From: an uncultured Gemmatimonadales bacterium
GTDB taxonomy: Bacteria; Gemmatimonadota; Gemmatimonadetes; Gemmatimonadales; GWC2-71-9
Reading direction: 5' to 3'
Assembly (NCBI GenBank): GCA_963742755.1
Contig: CAVUMU010000011.1
Coordinates: 76,568 to 140,567 of the forward strand
Length of the DNA stretch: 64,000 bases
How positions within the stretch are numbered: position 1 is the stretch's first letter; each line of letters opens with the position of its first letter. Below are positions 19,628 to 29,808 of the stretch, one piece after another. The notes under the pieces are model-generated. The model saw only the letters and a program-made list of their open reading frames with translations. It ran no database searches and was not told the DNA's origin. The position numbers and the translations under genes are program-made.

Positions 19628-20794
19628 ATGCGAGCAGTAACCAGAATCTTGAGGGGAGCGAGCCTGGCCACGGCAGCGTTGTCCGTGCTGGCTTGGGGCA
19701 CGCGCGACCTGAGCGCGCAGCGACACCAGAGTCGGGGCAAGCAGCCGATCGTCCTGGCCGAGCAGGGAAGCTTATCCGTAGGCGGAAGGGTCGTCACCGG
19801 TTCGGGAACGTTCGACGCGACCATTCCGGGCGCGGGCTCTCGGAACGACGGCCAAGAGTTCCGGATCGATCAGCTGTACGCGCAGTATCAGGTGCCCGTT
19901 AATGCCCGGCGCCTTCCGATTGTCTTTATCCACGGCGGGGCAGGAACCGGCCGAGTATGGGAGACCACGCCTGATGGTCGGGAGGGATTCCAGACGATCT
20001 TCCTGCGTCGAGGCTTCCCGGTCTACATCGTGGACTTTCCCCGTCGGGGCCGGGCGAGCATCCCCTCATTTGTCGGGCCCCTGGGGAATTTGAACGGCAC
20101 CCAGATCATTCCGGCCACCACCTTTGCCGTGGGTAGTCATCAGGCTTGGATAAGCTGGCGCCTGGGCCCCGAGTACGGCAATCACTATGCGAGCTCGCAA
20201 TTCCCCAGGGAGCCAGCAGCCCTCGAGCAGTTCCTCCAGTCAACGGTCCCCCTTTTCTCGGACAACAACCAGGTCATTGTCGACGGAATCGTGGCGCTGC
20301 TCAATCGGATCGGCCCGGCGATACTCGTGACCCACTCGCAATCGGGTATCCACGGCTGGCTCGCGCGGGTGGCGAGTCCAAACGTCAAAGGGATCATCAC
20401 CTTTGAAGGCGGCTACGCCTTTCCTGAGGGAGAAGTGCCGGCGCCTCTACCGCGCTGCAACGGAGACCTGATTGCCCAGGGCACCTCGATGCCTGTAGCT
20501 GACTTCCAGAAGCTCACCGAAGTTCCCATCCTGGTCATCTATGGCGATCACCAGCCGAGCTGTCCCATGCCGAACCTGATACGGGATGGCCAGCAGCTCA
20601 GGCCCATTTTCGGGAGGAACTTCGTCAAGGCTCTGAACGACCGCGGGGGGAATGCTTCGTTTGTGTGGACGCCCGAGATTGGCATCCGCGGGAACACACA
20701 CTTCCTGTTCCTCGATAAAAACAATGTGCAGATCGCGGATATCCTGTCCCGCTTCCTCAATGAGAAGGGGCTGGATAGGCGGGGAAAGAAGTAG
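19628..20794 (+). CDS. Secreted alpha/beta hydrolase, esterase-713-like (paralogue 3)
   Basis: RBS GGAGAG; signal peptide; WETTPDGREGF, THSQSG, FEGG, GNTHFLF. Confidence 0.9.
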   Translation: MRAVTRILRGASLATAALSVLAWGTRDLSAQRHQSRGKQPIVLAEQGSLSVGGRVVTGSGTFDATIPGAGSRNDGQEFRIDQLYAQYQVPVNARRLPIVFIHGGAGTGRVWETTPDGREGFQTIFLRRGFPVYIVDFPRRGRASIPSFVGPLGNLNGTQIIPATTFAVGSHQAWISWRLGPEYGNHYASSQFPREPAALEQFLQSTVPLFSDNNQVIVDGIVALLNRIGPAILVTHSQSGIHGWLARVASPNVKGIITFEGGYAFPEGEVPAPLPRCNGDLIAQGTSMPVADFQKLTEVPILVIYGDHQPSCPMPNLIRDGQQLRPIFGRNFVKALNDRGGNASFVWTPEIGIRGNTHFLFLDKNNVQIADILSRFLNEKGLDRRGKK

Positions 20795-20846
20795 GGTACT
20801 CGGCCTTTTTGCCGGATTGCCTATCTCTTATTTGGAGGAACCGCCG

Positions 20847-22037
20847 ATGCAGCGGTCCACGATGCAACGAATGACTTGGGCGACACTTGCGCTCCTGCTG
20901 ACTACCGGAACCGGCGCCGCGCTCGCGCAGGATGGCCACGCGAGTAAGAAGGGGCCGCTCGTCATAGCCAAGCAGGGCTACTTCTTCGTCGGCGGCACGT
21001 ACCATACCTTCAACAACCAGCAGTACATCTCGGGTCAGGCGTACGTCGAGTACCAGATCCCCCAGAATGTGAAGCACCCCTACCCGATCGTGATGATCGA
21101 AGGTTTCGGGCTGACTGGCACCAACTTCACCGGAACGCCCGATGGGCGCGATGGCTGGGCCCAGTACTTCCTGCGTGAAGGGTACGCCGTCTACGTGTAC
21201 GACCAACCCGGCCGCGGCCGGTCCGCGTGGGTAGCCAGCGCGTACGGCGTCATTCCGCAGCCGACCTCCGCCACCGCCAGTCAAAATGCATTCTCGGCGC
21301 CCGAGGGTCCCAACCTCTATCCCATGGCCCATCGGCACACCCAGTGGCCGGGCACGGGCCTCATCGGCGACCCGATCTTCGACCAGTTCGCCGCGTCCAC
21401 ATCGCCGGCAATCGGCGGCGGGCTGGTTTACGAGGCACTGAACCAGAAAGCTGGGGCAGAGCTGCTGGATCGTATCGGCCCGGCGATCCTGCTCGGGCAT
21501 TCGCAGGGGGGGCTGATCCTTTGGCCCATCGCGGACGCGCGTCCAGCCCTGGTGAAGGCTCTGGTGGCCTTCGAGCCCGGCGGGCCTCCGTTCTACGGCG
21601 TCAGGTTTCTCGGCCCGCCGACCTGGTTCGAGAATGCCGCCCTGAGCTTTCCCTGGGGCATCACCACCGGCCCGATGACCTATGCGCCGGCAGTCACGAA
21701 TCCGTCCGACCTCCAGCCAGTGCAGGAAGCGACGTCGCAGGGGCCCAATCTGGTCCGCTGCTGGCGGCAGACGGAGCCCGCTCGTACGCTGATCAACCTG
21801 AAAGGGATTCCCACCGTCATCGTTACGTCTGAGGCGAGCTCCCCCGCCGCCCGCGACCATTGCACCTCGCAGTTTCTCACCCAGGCGGGCGTGCAGAACA
21901 CGCACATCCGTCTCGAGAACGAAGGTATCCGCGGGAACGGGCACATGATGATGCTGGAGGAGAACAGCGACCAGATCGCGGCGGTGGTTAATCAGTGGCT
22001 GAAGTCGAACGTCAAAGAACGGCGAGGTCGCAGATAA
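20847..22037 (+). CDS. Secreted alpha/beta hydrolase, esterase-713-like (paralogue 4)
   Basis: RBS GGAGG; signal peptide; TPDGRDGW, DQPGRGRS, GHSQGG, FEPG, GNGHMMM. Confidence 0.9.
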   Translation: MQRSTMQRMTWATLALLLTTGTGAALAQDGHASKKGPLVIAKQGYFFVGGTYHTFNNQQYISGQAYVEYQIPQNVKHPYPIVMIEGFGLTGTNFTGTPDGRDGWAQYFLREGYAVYVYDQPGRGRSAWVASAYGVIPQPTSATASQNAFSAPEGPNLYPMAHRHTQWPGTGLIGDPIFDQFAASTSPAIGGGLVYEALNQKAGAELLDRIGPAILLGHSQGGLILWPIADARPALVKALVAFEPGGPPFYGVRFLGPPTWFENAALSFPWGITTGPMTYAPAVTNPSDLQPVQEATSQGPNLVRCWRQTEPARTLINLKGIPTVIVTSEASSPAARDHCTSQFLTQAGVQNTHIRLENEGIRGNGHMMMLEENSDQIAAVVNQWLKSNVKERRGRR

Positions 22038-22061
22038 TCGCCGGCCCGGGCTCGTTGTCCC

Positions 22062-22090
22062 AAGGCTGCCCAGCGGGGCAGCCTTTTTTT
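22062..22090 (+). terminator. Rho-independent terminator
   Basis: AAGGCTGCCC-AGCG-GGGCAGCCTT followed by a T-run. Confidence 0.8.
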
Positions 22091-22097
22091 GACCTTA

Positions 22098-23963
22098 CTA
22101 GGGTTGGTTCGCCAGCTCGGCTTGCCACTCCTGGAGACCCGCAAAGCCGGGGCTCACCGTGGCAAGCCGGTCGGCATATGCCCGAGCCTGGCGTAGGTTC
22201 CGTTTCAAGGCATAGCCTCGAGACAAGCCGAACAATGCCGGAGGATGGTCCGGCCGCAATTGCAGCGACTGCTCCAACAGCGAGACCGCACGGTCGTACC
22301 GGCCCGCCCCCAGCTCGGACATGCCGAGCGCATAGCAGGTCACCGCGGTAGGCTCGAGCGCGTATGCCCGTTCCAGCAGCTCCCCGGCATGGTCGAATTG
22401 CCGGAGCTGCTGCAATACATCGGCTGCGTACACCCGGATCGCCGCATTCTCTGGCTGGTCCCGCATCAGTCCGCGATACTCGGCCAGGGCCAGCTGGAGC
22501 TCACCGCGCGACCGGTAATACCCCCCCAGGTTGAACTTTGCCCATGGCCACGTCCCCCGCCCCTTGCCGACCACCTCGAAGGCCGCGGAGTCGGCGGCGT
22601 TGTGGGGACGGTAACTCCTCGGGTAGCCGGCTGGATCCTCGTGCGCGATGAACGGCCAGGTGGTCGTCAGTGCCTGGATGTGGTGCCAGGCGTACCGCCG
22701 GTCGAACTCGGTGAGCTCCATCCGGTCGTAATACACCGGCCAGCTTCGCAGCCGGGTCGGGTCCGCGGTGCGGCCGAGGAAACCCGCCCGGGCTATTGCT
22801 TCGAAGAACACCTTCCCCATGAGGTGATAGCCGGTCTGGTTGGGATGAAGGTGCTCCCAGAAAAGATCAGAGCCCGGAATCCGGTCCCGAGAAACGGCGG
22901 CGAATGCCTCGTCCACCGGCACGTAGTGCGAGCCGGCTTCGCGCGTCAGCGCGCGAATGATCGGGTTGAACTCGCCCGGCGCCCGAAACCGTAGCGCATC
23001 CAGGTCCCGGGACCGCTCGAAGAGCCGGCGCGCCTCGGCCGGATCTCCGCGAGCGAGCGTGCGCTGGGCCTCGCCGAAAACACGATCCGCCGGCGGAAGC
23101 TCGGGGGTAGCCACGGAACGGAAGGGAGGCTGGTCCCGAAGGTTGCTGGTGAGACTCCCGATGAACACCGGGACCCCGGCATCGCGGAAGCGCCCCAGGA
23201 TCAAGCGCAGGTTATCGCGGAACTGCCTGATGCCCCGACGGTAGGTGGGGCTATCGAGTGGGATCAGTTCCTCCCGCACCATCTGTTGCATGAGCGACCG
23301 CGAAGAGGGACGGACCCCCGAACTGTGGATCGCTCTCAGCCGTTGGGCCAAGCCGGTGGCCAACTCACGGGTCAGAAGAACGATCTTGAGGCGTTGCAGT
23401 CGTAAGTAGGTTCGGACCAAGGCGGGAAATGTTCCCACGGTCTCGGTCGACCCCGCGCCAAGTGCGCCATAAAACTCGTTGTGACCGGCATAGATCACCA
23501 CGGCGTCCGGCTTCTGGGCGAGTATCTCCTCGATCTCGTCGTAGAGTGCGTAAGTGGTGATCGCCGCTACGCCCAGGTTCACCACCTCCACGGTGTCGTT
23601 GGGCAACACATCCTGCAGGGCGTCCTGAAGGACCCGGGAAAACGTCCCATTGTAGCTATAGGGAAAGCCGGCAGCGGAGGACTCGCCCAGCACGAAGATT
23701 CGAAGGCTGTGGGCGGGCTTGGAGCGGAGAAAAAGATCCGCCGGCGGGGTCGGCACTGCACGGACATTGACAAAGTAGCGCGCCGGGAAGCGATCGTTCG
23801 CCGCAACGTATCGGCCGTCGAGGATCGGGACTCGCACGAACAGACTGAGGTCGCCCTTGTAGTGGGCTAACCGGAGCCCGCCCTCCAGGGTTCCCAGCAT
23901 GAGCGGAGGTATGGCGAGGGCGAGCAGCAGAAACAGCCGTTGCCGAGCGGGAGAGGGAGGCAC
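22098..23963 (-). CDS. Membrane-anchored SGNH/GDSL-domain protein with TPR repeats (copy A)
   Basis: N-terminal TM plus E.GLRL; VLGESSAAG, YAGHNEFYG, FWEHLHPN blocks; C-terminal TPRs. Confidence 0.8.
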   Translation of the reverse strand: MPPSPARQRLFLLLALAIPPLMLGTLEGGLRLAHYKGDLSLFVRVPILDGRYVAANDRFPARYFVNVRAVPTPPADLFLRSKPAHSLRIFVLGESSAAGFPYSYNGTFSRVLQDALQDVLPNDTVEVVNLGVAAITTYALYDEIEEILAQKPDAVVIYAGHNEFYGALGAGSTETVGTFPALVRTYLRLQRLKIVLLTRELATGLAQRLRAIHSSGVRPSSRSLMQQMVREELIPLDSPTYRRGIRQFRDNLRLILGRFRDAGVPVFIGSLTSNLRDQPPFRSVATPELPPADRVFGEAQRTLARGDPAEARRLFERSRDLDALRFRAPGEFNPIIRALTREAGSHYVPVDEAFAAVSRDRIPGSDLFWEHLHPNQTGYHLMGKVFFEAIARAGFLGRTADPTRLRSWPVYYDRMELTEFDRRYAWHHIQALTTTWPFIAHEDPAGYPRSYRPHNAADSAAFEVVGKGRGTWPWAKFNLGGYYRSRGELQLALAEYRGLMRDQPENAAIRVYAADVLQQLRQFDHAGELLERAYALEPTAVTCYALGMSELGAGRYDRAVSLLEQSLQLRPDHPPALFGLSRGYALKRNLRQARAYADRLATVSPGFAGLQEWQAELANQP

Positions 23964-24059
23964 CTTGCCAAGCTACGTTCCGACCTCGACCTCAACAACT
24001 CGCACTGCGTCACCTTCCCCTCACGTTTTGCCAGTCAACCCGAGGCTAGAGTAAGGCGC

Positions 24060-24097
24060 GAGACGTTTTGGGACTGGGAGAGACGTTTTGCGGTTGC
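24060..24097 (+). promoter_or_regulatory. Regulon motif copy 3
   Basis: GAGACGTTTTGGGactgggaGAGACGTTTTGCGGTTGC; TTGCAG-17nt-CATTGT. Confidence 0.75.
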
Positions 24098-24251
24098 AGG
24101 TCCGGTCCCGGCCGAACATTGTGTCTCATACTCGAAAGAACAACCAATCCGTACGGGCCTACCCCCAGGCTCCGCGCCCGGTTTTCTAGTTCCCCCAGGT
24201 GGACTCCGGAGACTGTCGCCTTTTGCACCCTGTGCCTGAAAGGAGCTCAGT

Positions 24252-24824
24252 ATGAACCGGAACGGGGCAATACGCGCCGTCATAACGCCCCTATGGATCA
24301 TTGCCCTCAGCAGCGCGGCAGTAGAAACCAGCCAAGCCCAGGTGATCAAGCTGAAGGCCAAACTGGTCGGGTTCCAGGAGGTGCCCTCCCTGTTGACCAC
24401 TGCGACGGGCCAATTCACCGCCACGGTGGACCCGACCGGAGCGTCGATGACCTTCAGGCTGACGTACTCCGGTCTCCTGGCGGACGCGACCCAGGCTCAT
24501 ATCCACTTTGGTCAGCCGGGAGTAAATGGCGGCGTCATGGTGTTCTTCTGCACCAACCTGACCCCGCCAGTCGGCGTACCAGCACCTCAACCCTGTCCGC
24601 TACGAAGTGGGACGGTCGAAGGCACCGTAACGTCAGCGGACGTGGCCGGTCCCTTGGCGCAAGGGGTCACGCCAGCCAGCCTCGGAGCCAACTTCGACGA
24701 CGTCATCAGTGCAATCAGGAGCGGTAATAGCTACGCCAATGTCCACTCGACGCGATGGACCGGAGGCGAAATTAGGGGGCTAGTCAAGCGCGGGTCCGGA
24801 GGTTCCGACGACGACGACGACTAG
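24252..24824 (+). CDS. Secreted CHRD-domain protein
   Basis: Signal peptide; LVGFQEVP, QAHIHFG, YANVHS...GGEIRG CHRD motifs; acidic DDDDD tail. Confidence 0.85.
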   Translation: MNRNGAIRAVITPLWIIALSSAAVETSQAQVIKLKAKLVGFQEVPSLLTTATGQFTATVDPTGASMTFRLTYSGLLADATQAHIHFGQPGVNGGVMVFFCTNLTPPVGVPAPQPCPLRSGTVEGTVTSADVAGPLAQGVTPASLGANFDDVISAIRSGNSYANVHSTRWTGGEIRGLVKRGSGGSDDDDD

Positions 24825-24882
24825 CGCGGCTGAAATTATCGCATGACGCTTGGATCCACACCCCAACACGAAGGAGAGCTCG

Positions 24883-26307
24883 ATGCAAGGATGTAGCAGC
24901 ATGACTCGGCAAGTGACACGTGCCTTGGCCGCGGCGGCCCTGGTCGCGCTGGTCGCGACGAGCGTCTCGGCGCAGGCGATCGGCAAGGGTAGAGAGGGAG
25001 CTTTCACAGCGGGACCGCTGAATCTTAAGGACCAGGGCAGCTTCTTCATTGGTGGCGTAAACAAAAGCACGATTTACGCGACGACTTCCACGCCGACAGG
25101 GCCCGGGGGCTCGCCGCCAGGAACGCCCCCAGTCAACGCCTCGATCGTCATCGGTCAGATGTACGTGCAGTTCCAGGTCCCGGAAGGCTGGAACTCCAAC
25201 AAGGCTAAGAAGGGCCAATACCCCGTCGTCATGGTGCACGGCTCCACCCACACTGGCGCGGCCCTCGAATCAACCCCCGAATTCAAGGAAGGCTGGGCGC
25301 CCTACTATGTGCGCAAGGGCCTCCCGGTGTTCGTGGTTGACCAGTCCGGCCGCGGCCGCTCCGGGTTCGACGAGTCCGTAGTACATGAGGGGAAGGCACA
25401 GCTGGTTACCGGTGGAGGTGTTCCCGCCCCTGGCGCGACAATTATTCCGAACTTCGGCAGGATCACCTCGAACGGCTCCTGGACCGCGTGGTTCGGGCAC
25501 CTGGTCGCGCCAGGTACGGCCACGCCATGCACCGATATCCTGACGTGTGAGCTCATGCCGCACGGTTGGCGTCCGGATGATCCCAGCCTGCCGACGGTTC
25601 ACCCCAATCCGGCGGGGTACCTCCCCGCGTTCCCGTACCTTGGGATAGGTCTCGACCCCGGCCAGAAGCAGGGCGGGAGCCCCGGCAGCAACACCCCCCC
25701 GGGTGTGGACCCGGCCCTCTTCGGACCAACGCCCTACGGTCCTGAAGACGCCTACAAGCTGCACTACTACAAGCAGCTGGTGCCGAACGCGGAAGTGACG
25801 CTCCCCGGCTCCGTCTGCGAGACCTGCGTCCCCACGGCCCTGCCCGCTACCGCCACCTGGACCCCGTACGCCCTGGCACTGCTGGTGGAGAAGATCGGCA
25901 AGGTTAGCGGCGGGGCAGTTGTGGCAACCCACTCGCAGTCAGGAATCATGGGCCACCACATGGTCCGTCTCCTGAGGCAACGGGGAACGCTCAAGTACCT
26001 CAAAGGCTTGATCACCGTCGAGGGAAGCTGCTCCTTTGCGAACAGCGGCCTCACGGCAGCGGACTTCGCCCAGGTTCCCTACCTGGCGCTCAAGGGCGAC
26101 TACACGGTATTCAGTGCTGGGTGCCAAGCCAGCGTCGACGCTATTCGCGCGGCCGGCGGCCCGTCCCAGGCGGACTACATCCAGCTGGACGCCGCCAGCT
26201 ACGGCGGGCGGTTTAACGGGGTCACCCACATGATGATGGACGACCTGCTGGCACTGCCGGTTGCGGACGTCATGCTCGACTGGGGTAATCGGTACATCAC
26301 GGAATAA
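24883..26307 (+). CDS. Secreted alpha/beta hydrolase, esterase-713-like (paralogue 5)
   Basis: RBS AAGGAG; GQMYVQF, DQSGRGRS, THSQSG, VEGS, GVTHMMM; Pro-rich insertions. Confidence 0.85.
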   Translation: MQGCSSMTRQVTRALAAAALVALVATSVSAQAIGKGREGAFTAGPLNLKDQGSFFIGGVNKSTIYATTSTPTGPGGSPPGTPPVNASIVIGQMYVQFQVPEGWNSNKAKKGQYPVVMVHGSTHTGAALESTPEFKEGWAPYYVRKGLPVFVVDQSGRGRSGFDESVVHEGKAQLVTGGGVPAPGATIIPNFGRITSNGSWTAWFGHLVAPGTATPCTDILTCELMPHGWRPDDPSLPTVHPNPAGYLPAFPYLGIGLDPGQKQGGSPGSNTPPGVDPALFGPTPYGPEDAYKLHYYKQLVPNAEVTLPGSVCETCVPTALPATATWTPYALALLVEKIGKVSGGAVVATHSQSGIMGHHMVRLLRQRGTLKYLKGLITVEGSCSFANSGLTAADFAQVPYLALKGDYTVFSAGCQASVDAIRAAGGPSQADYIQLDAASYGGRFNGVTHMMMDDLLALPVADVMLDWGNRYITE

Positions 26308-26328
26308 AGGACCGCAGGACCAACAACC

Positions 26329-26369
26329 GAGCCCGCCGCGAAATCAAACGCGCGGCGGGCTCTGGTTTT
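26329..26369. terminator. Hairpin terminator between convergent genes
   Basis: GAGCCCGCCGCG-10nt-CGCGGCGGGCTC-TGGTTTT. Confidence 0.65.
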
Positions 26370-26374
26370 CCAGT

Positions 26375-28231
26375 CTAGTCGGGAATGGTAGAGAGCTCGG
26401 CCAGCCATTCGTTCAGCCCCGGGAAGCCGGGACTTACCGCCGCCAGTCGCTGGGCAAAGGCGCGGGCCCGAGGCATATCGCGCGTCATGGTGTACGCCCG
26501 GGACAGGTCGTAGAGCACCGCGGGAACGTCGGCCTGGAATCGCTGAGCTTCTTCCAGCAGGTGAATGGCCCGGTCCACATGCCGGGACTGGAGCTCCAGC
26601 CGGCCCAGCGCGAAGCTGGTGAGCGCGGAGGGTTCCAGCGCGTACGCACGCTCGAGCATGTCGCGGACTCCATCCCACTGCTCCATCTCTCCCAGCACGT
26701 CGGCGGCGTATACCCGGACCGTGGCGTTTTCGGGCTGCTCCCGAATGAGCCCACGATACTCCGCCAGCGCACGGTCCCGATCGCCACGGGATCGGTAATA
26801 TTCTGCGAGCTGAAACTTTGCCAGCGGCCAGGTGCTCCGCCGGTAGATCACGACATCGAAGGCGGCCGAGTCCGCAGGATCGCTGGGATGATAGTTTCTG
26901 GGATAGCCGGAGGGATCCTCGCGGTCGACGAACGGCCAGCTGGTAGTGACCGAACGGATTTGATGCCAGGCAAACCGGCGGTCGAATTCGGTCAGCTCCA
27001 TGGCCTCGGAGTACGCCGGCCAGCTCCGAAGCCGAGTGAGGTCGGCGGTGTGGCCCAGAAATCTTGTCAGCGCGATTCCTTCGAAGAACGTCTTGCCGAT
27101 CAGGTGGTAGCCTGTCTGATTGGGATGGAGATGCTCCCAGAAGAGATCCGACCCGGGAATGCCGTCTTTGGCGGCGGCCGCGAACGCCTCGTCCACGGGC
27201 ACGTAGTGCGCACCGTTCTCCTTCGCCAGCATGCGGATGATGACGTTGAACTCGCCGGCTGCGCGGAATCGGAGCGCATCCAGGTCCCGAGCGCGCTCGA
27301 AGAGGCTACGCGCCTCGGTCCGCTTACCCGCCGCCAGGGCGCTACGAGCCTCGTCGAACACCTGTTTGGCGGCAGGTAGGCTGTCCGTCGCCAGAGAACG
27401 GAAGGGCGGCTGGTCGCGAAGATTACTGGTCAGGCTCGCCACGAAGACCGGCACCTCGGCTTCTTTGAACTGCCGCAGCATGGCCTGTAGATTTTCGCGG
27501 AACTGTCGGGCACCACGCTCATAGGTCGCGCTACCGAGCGGGATCAGCTCCTCCCGGACCATCTGCTGCATGAGTGACCGGGAGGAATCGGCAGGCGCTC
27601 CACCGAGTGTGGCTAACCGCAAGGCCAGGTCGCGAGCGAGCACCACGGTCTTGAAGCGCCGCTGCAGTCCGAGATAGCCGCGAACGAATGCTGGAAAGGC
27701 TCCCACGGTTTCAGTCGAGCCGGCGCCCAGCGCGCCATAGAACTCGTTATGTCCGGCATAGATCAGGACGGCATCCGGCTGCTGTGACCGGATCTCGTCG
27801 ACCATGTCGTAGAGAGCGTAGCTGGTGACGGCCGAGATCCCGAGGTTGACGATCTCCACCGTGTCGTGGGGCAACACGTCGCGCAGGGCATCGCGGATCA
27901 CGCGGGAAAAGGTGCCGTTGAAGCCATAGGGGAAGCCTGCCGCCGACGACTCGCCCAGCACGAAGATGCGGAGACAGTGAGCAGGCTTGGAGCGGAGAAA
28001 GAGATCGGTGGGCGGTGTCGGTACCACGCGGACGCTGGCAAAGTAGCGGGCTGCCACCCGCGGGTTCACGCCGAGATACTTGCGATCCACATTCGGAATG
28101 GACGTGAACAGGCTGAGGTCGCCCTTGTAGCCCGCAACCCGAAGCCCGCCCTCCAGCAGGGCGAGCAGGAGCAAGGGGGAGAGCAGGACCAGCAGCGCAA
28201 AGATCCGGCGGCGGGCGGGTGAAGGTGCCAT
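26375..28231 (-). CDS. Membrane-anchored SGNH/GDSL-domain protein with TPR repeats (copy B, close paralogue of copy A)
   Basis: Same GESSAAG, GHNEFYG and WEHLHPN blocks; long stretches identical to 22098-23963; ATG 28231. Confidence 0.8.
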   Translation of the reverse strand: MAPSPARRRIFALLVLLSPLLLLALLEGGLRVAGYKGDLSLFTSIPNVDRKYLGVNPRVAARYFASVRVVPTPPTDLFLRSKPAHCLRIFVLGESSAAGFPYGFNGTFSRVIRDALRDVLPHDTVEIVNLGISAVTSYALYDMVDEIRSQQPDAVLIYAGHNEFYGALGAGSTETVGAFPAFVRGYLGLQRRFKTVVLARDLALRLATLGGAPADSSRSLMQQMVREELIPLGSATYERGARQFRENLQAMLRQFKEAEVPVFVASLTSNLRDQPPFRSLATDSLPAAKQVFDEARSALAAGKRTEARSLFERARDLDALRFRAAGEFNVIIRMLAKENGAHYVPVDEAFAAAAKDGIPGSDLFWEHLHPNQTGYHLIGKTFFEGIALTRFLGHTADLTRLRSWPAYSEAMELTEFDRRFAWHQIRSVTTSWPFVDREDPSGYPRNYHPSDPADSAAFDVVIYRRSTWPLAKFQLAEYYRSRGDRDRALAEYRGLIREQPENATVRVYAADVLGEMEQWDGVRDMLERAYALEPSALTSFALGRLELQSRHVDRAIHLLEEAQRFQADVPAVLYDLSRAYTMTRDMPRARAFAQRLAAVSPGFPGLNEWLAELSTIPD

Positions 28232-28248
28232 GCGGTTGCCGGACCTGG

Positions 28249-28413
28249 TCAGAAGATCTGGTACAGCGTCTCGAGTGCTACCCCAGGACCAAAGAGCAGC
28301 AGCGCGACAAGGATGAGTACGAGTCCTATGACCAGGACCGGAACGAACAGCAGCCACTTCCTGGCGCTGAGATAGGCAAGAAACTCGGGCACGAACCCGT
28401 TCTTGTCGCTCAT
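28249..28413 (-). CDS. DUF5989/SxtK-like small membrane peptide (54 aa, not in ORF track)
   Basis: Manual translation MSDKNGFVPEFLAYLSARKWLLFVPVLVIGLVLILVALLLFGPGVALETLYQIF; ends 17 bp upstream of SGNH-TPR B. Confidence 0.7.
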   Translation of the reverse strand: MSDKNGFVPEFLAYLSARKWLLFVPVLVIGLVLILVALLLFGPGVALETLYQIF

Positions 28414-28532
28414 AGGGACCACAAGGAGATCGTAAGGATGAACCGAAGCTATCCAGGTATGAGCAGGCCGATCAGAATGTACGGTCCGCCTCAGGCTCGG
28501 GCAAACTGAAGGCCAAGCGCAAGGCCAGCCGA

Positions 28533-29600
28533 GTGCGTACCCTAGTCGCCGGCACCCTGCTGGCGGCAGGATCGGCCGGCTTCACCCTGCTCGCGGGAGA
28601 GGCCGCGTGCCGGCTGGCCGGTTACCGTGGCGTCGAGCAGTACCGTCCCGATAGCGAGCTCGGCTGGGTCCTGGAGCCGGGCCAGACAACCGTCACCAGC
28701 GCGGGCCGTCTTCCGGTTGCGATCAATGCCCAGGGCTTCCGCGACGACCCTCTCGATTCCCCCAAACGGCCAGGGACGGTCCGGATCGTGGCCCTTGGCG
28801 CCTCGACCACGTTCGGTTGGGGCGTTCGGCAGGAGGAAACCTATCATCAGGTGCTGGAGCGGACGCTGAACGACAGCGCCCGCGGCGCGGGCTCGCCGGC
28901 CCGCTTCGAGGTCGTGAACGGGGGCGTCATCGGCTATAACCTGTGGCAGGTGGGTCGATTCATGCGGCGGCTTACGACTCTATATCAACCCGACGGCTTC
29001 ATCGTCGCATACACCTTCAATGACGCGTGGAACCATACCGGCCGCCTCGATGCGGAGCAGCGTGACAAGCAACTTCGGGGGGTGCGTCGCAAGAATCTTC
29101 TGAGAGCCTCGGCCTTGTTCAACTGGCTGAACGACACCCGTGCCCGCCGGGTGGCGCGGCAGGCGCAGTCGGCAGGCACGGCCAACGCCTTGGCGATTGC
29201 CCAGACCGCGGACACCGCGGCCTCGGCAGACGAACTGGCCGCCTACAGTGCAACCATCGATTCGATCATCGGGGGCACCCGCGAGGCCAGGCTCTCGCTC
29301 GCCTTTCTCGTCCCCGCCGCGCGGGGACAGCGGGGAATGAATCAGCGGCAACAGGCCATGCTTGATGCCGGGAAAGCTGCTGGGCTGCCCGTGATCGATC
29401 CCGGACAGCTCTTCGCCCACAATCCGGATGTGATGTACTTGCCTGACGACGCAGTGCATCCCTCATCCAGCGGGCACGCGATGATTGCCGGCCTGATGTA
29501 CGCCGAGTTGTGTGCGGCTGCCCGGTCCGCGGCTTCAGGGGACCCTGCCCGGGTCTATCGGCCAGGCTGTGGAGCCGAGCGTCACAATTCAAAGTTGTAG
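28533..29600 (+). CDS. Membrane-anchored SGNH/GDSL hydrolase-family protein
   Basis: INAQGFRD, ALGASTTFG, VVNGGVIGY, FND, DAVHPS. Confidence 0.8.
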   Translation: MRTLVAGTLLAAGSAGFTLLAGEAACRLAGYRGVEQYRPDSELGWVLEPGQTTVTSAGRLPVAINAQGFRDDPLDSPKRPGTVRIVALGASTTFGWGVRQEETYHQVLERTLNDSARGAGSPARFEVVNGGVIGYNLWQVGRFMRRLTTLYQPDGFIVAYTFNDAWNHTGRLDAEQRDKQLRGVRRKNLLRASALFNWLNDTRARRVARQAQSAGTANALAIAQTADTAASADELAAYSATIDSIIGGTREARLSLAFLVPAARGQRGMNQRQQAMLDAGKAAGLPVIDPGQLFAHNPDVMYLPDDAVHPSSSGHAMIAGLMYAELCAAARSAASGDPARVYRPGCGAERHNSKL

Positions 29601-29624
29601 CGGCGGCGACAGTCACGGGTCGAT

Positions 29625-29662
29625 GAGACATTCTGGGCGCGGGAGAGACATTTTGCGGTTGC
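29625..29662 (+). promoter_or_regulatory. Regulon motif copy 4
   Basis: GAGACATTCTGGGcgcgggaGAGACATTTTGCGGTTGC; TTGCCA-17nt-AATTTT. Confidence 0.75.
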
Positions 29663-29808
29663 CAGGACGGACCCCGCGCTGAATTTTGTAATCGAACCAG
29701 AACAACTACCCACCTACCTCGCTCGACAGCGTCGCCCCTCATCCCTGAGGGGCGGCCCTGAGGGTGTTGCCGTGCACCGATTCCTCTCTGGCGTAAGAAG
29801 GAAAACCC

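Noticed and set aside
20757-21944. Long antisense or alternate-frame ORFs (e.g. 20757-21944, 39435-40655, 45015-46301, 7748-8806)
   Set aside because: Shadows of well-supported genes in high-GC DNA; no recognisable motifs
28231-28239. TGCGGTTGC as another regulon site
   Set aside because: Lacks the GAGAC half and overlaps a start codon on the opposite strand
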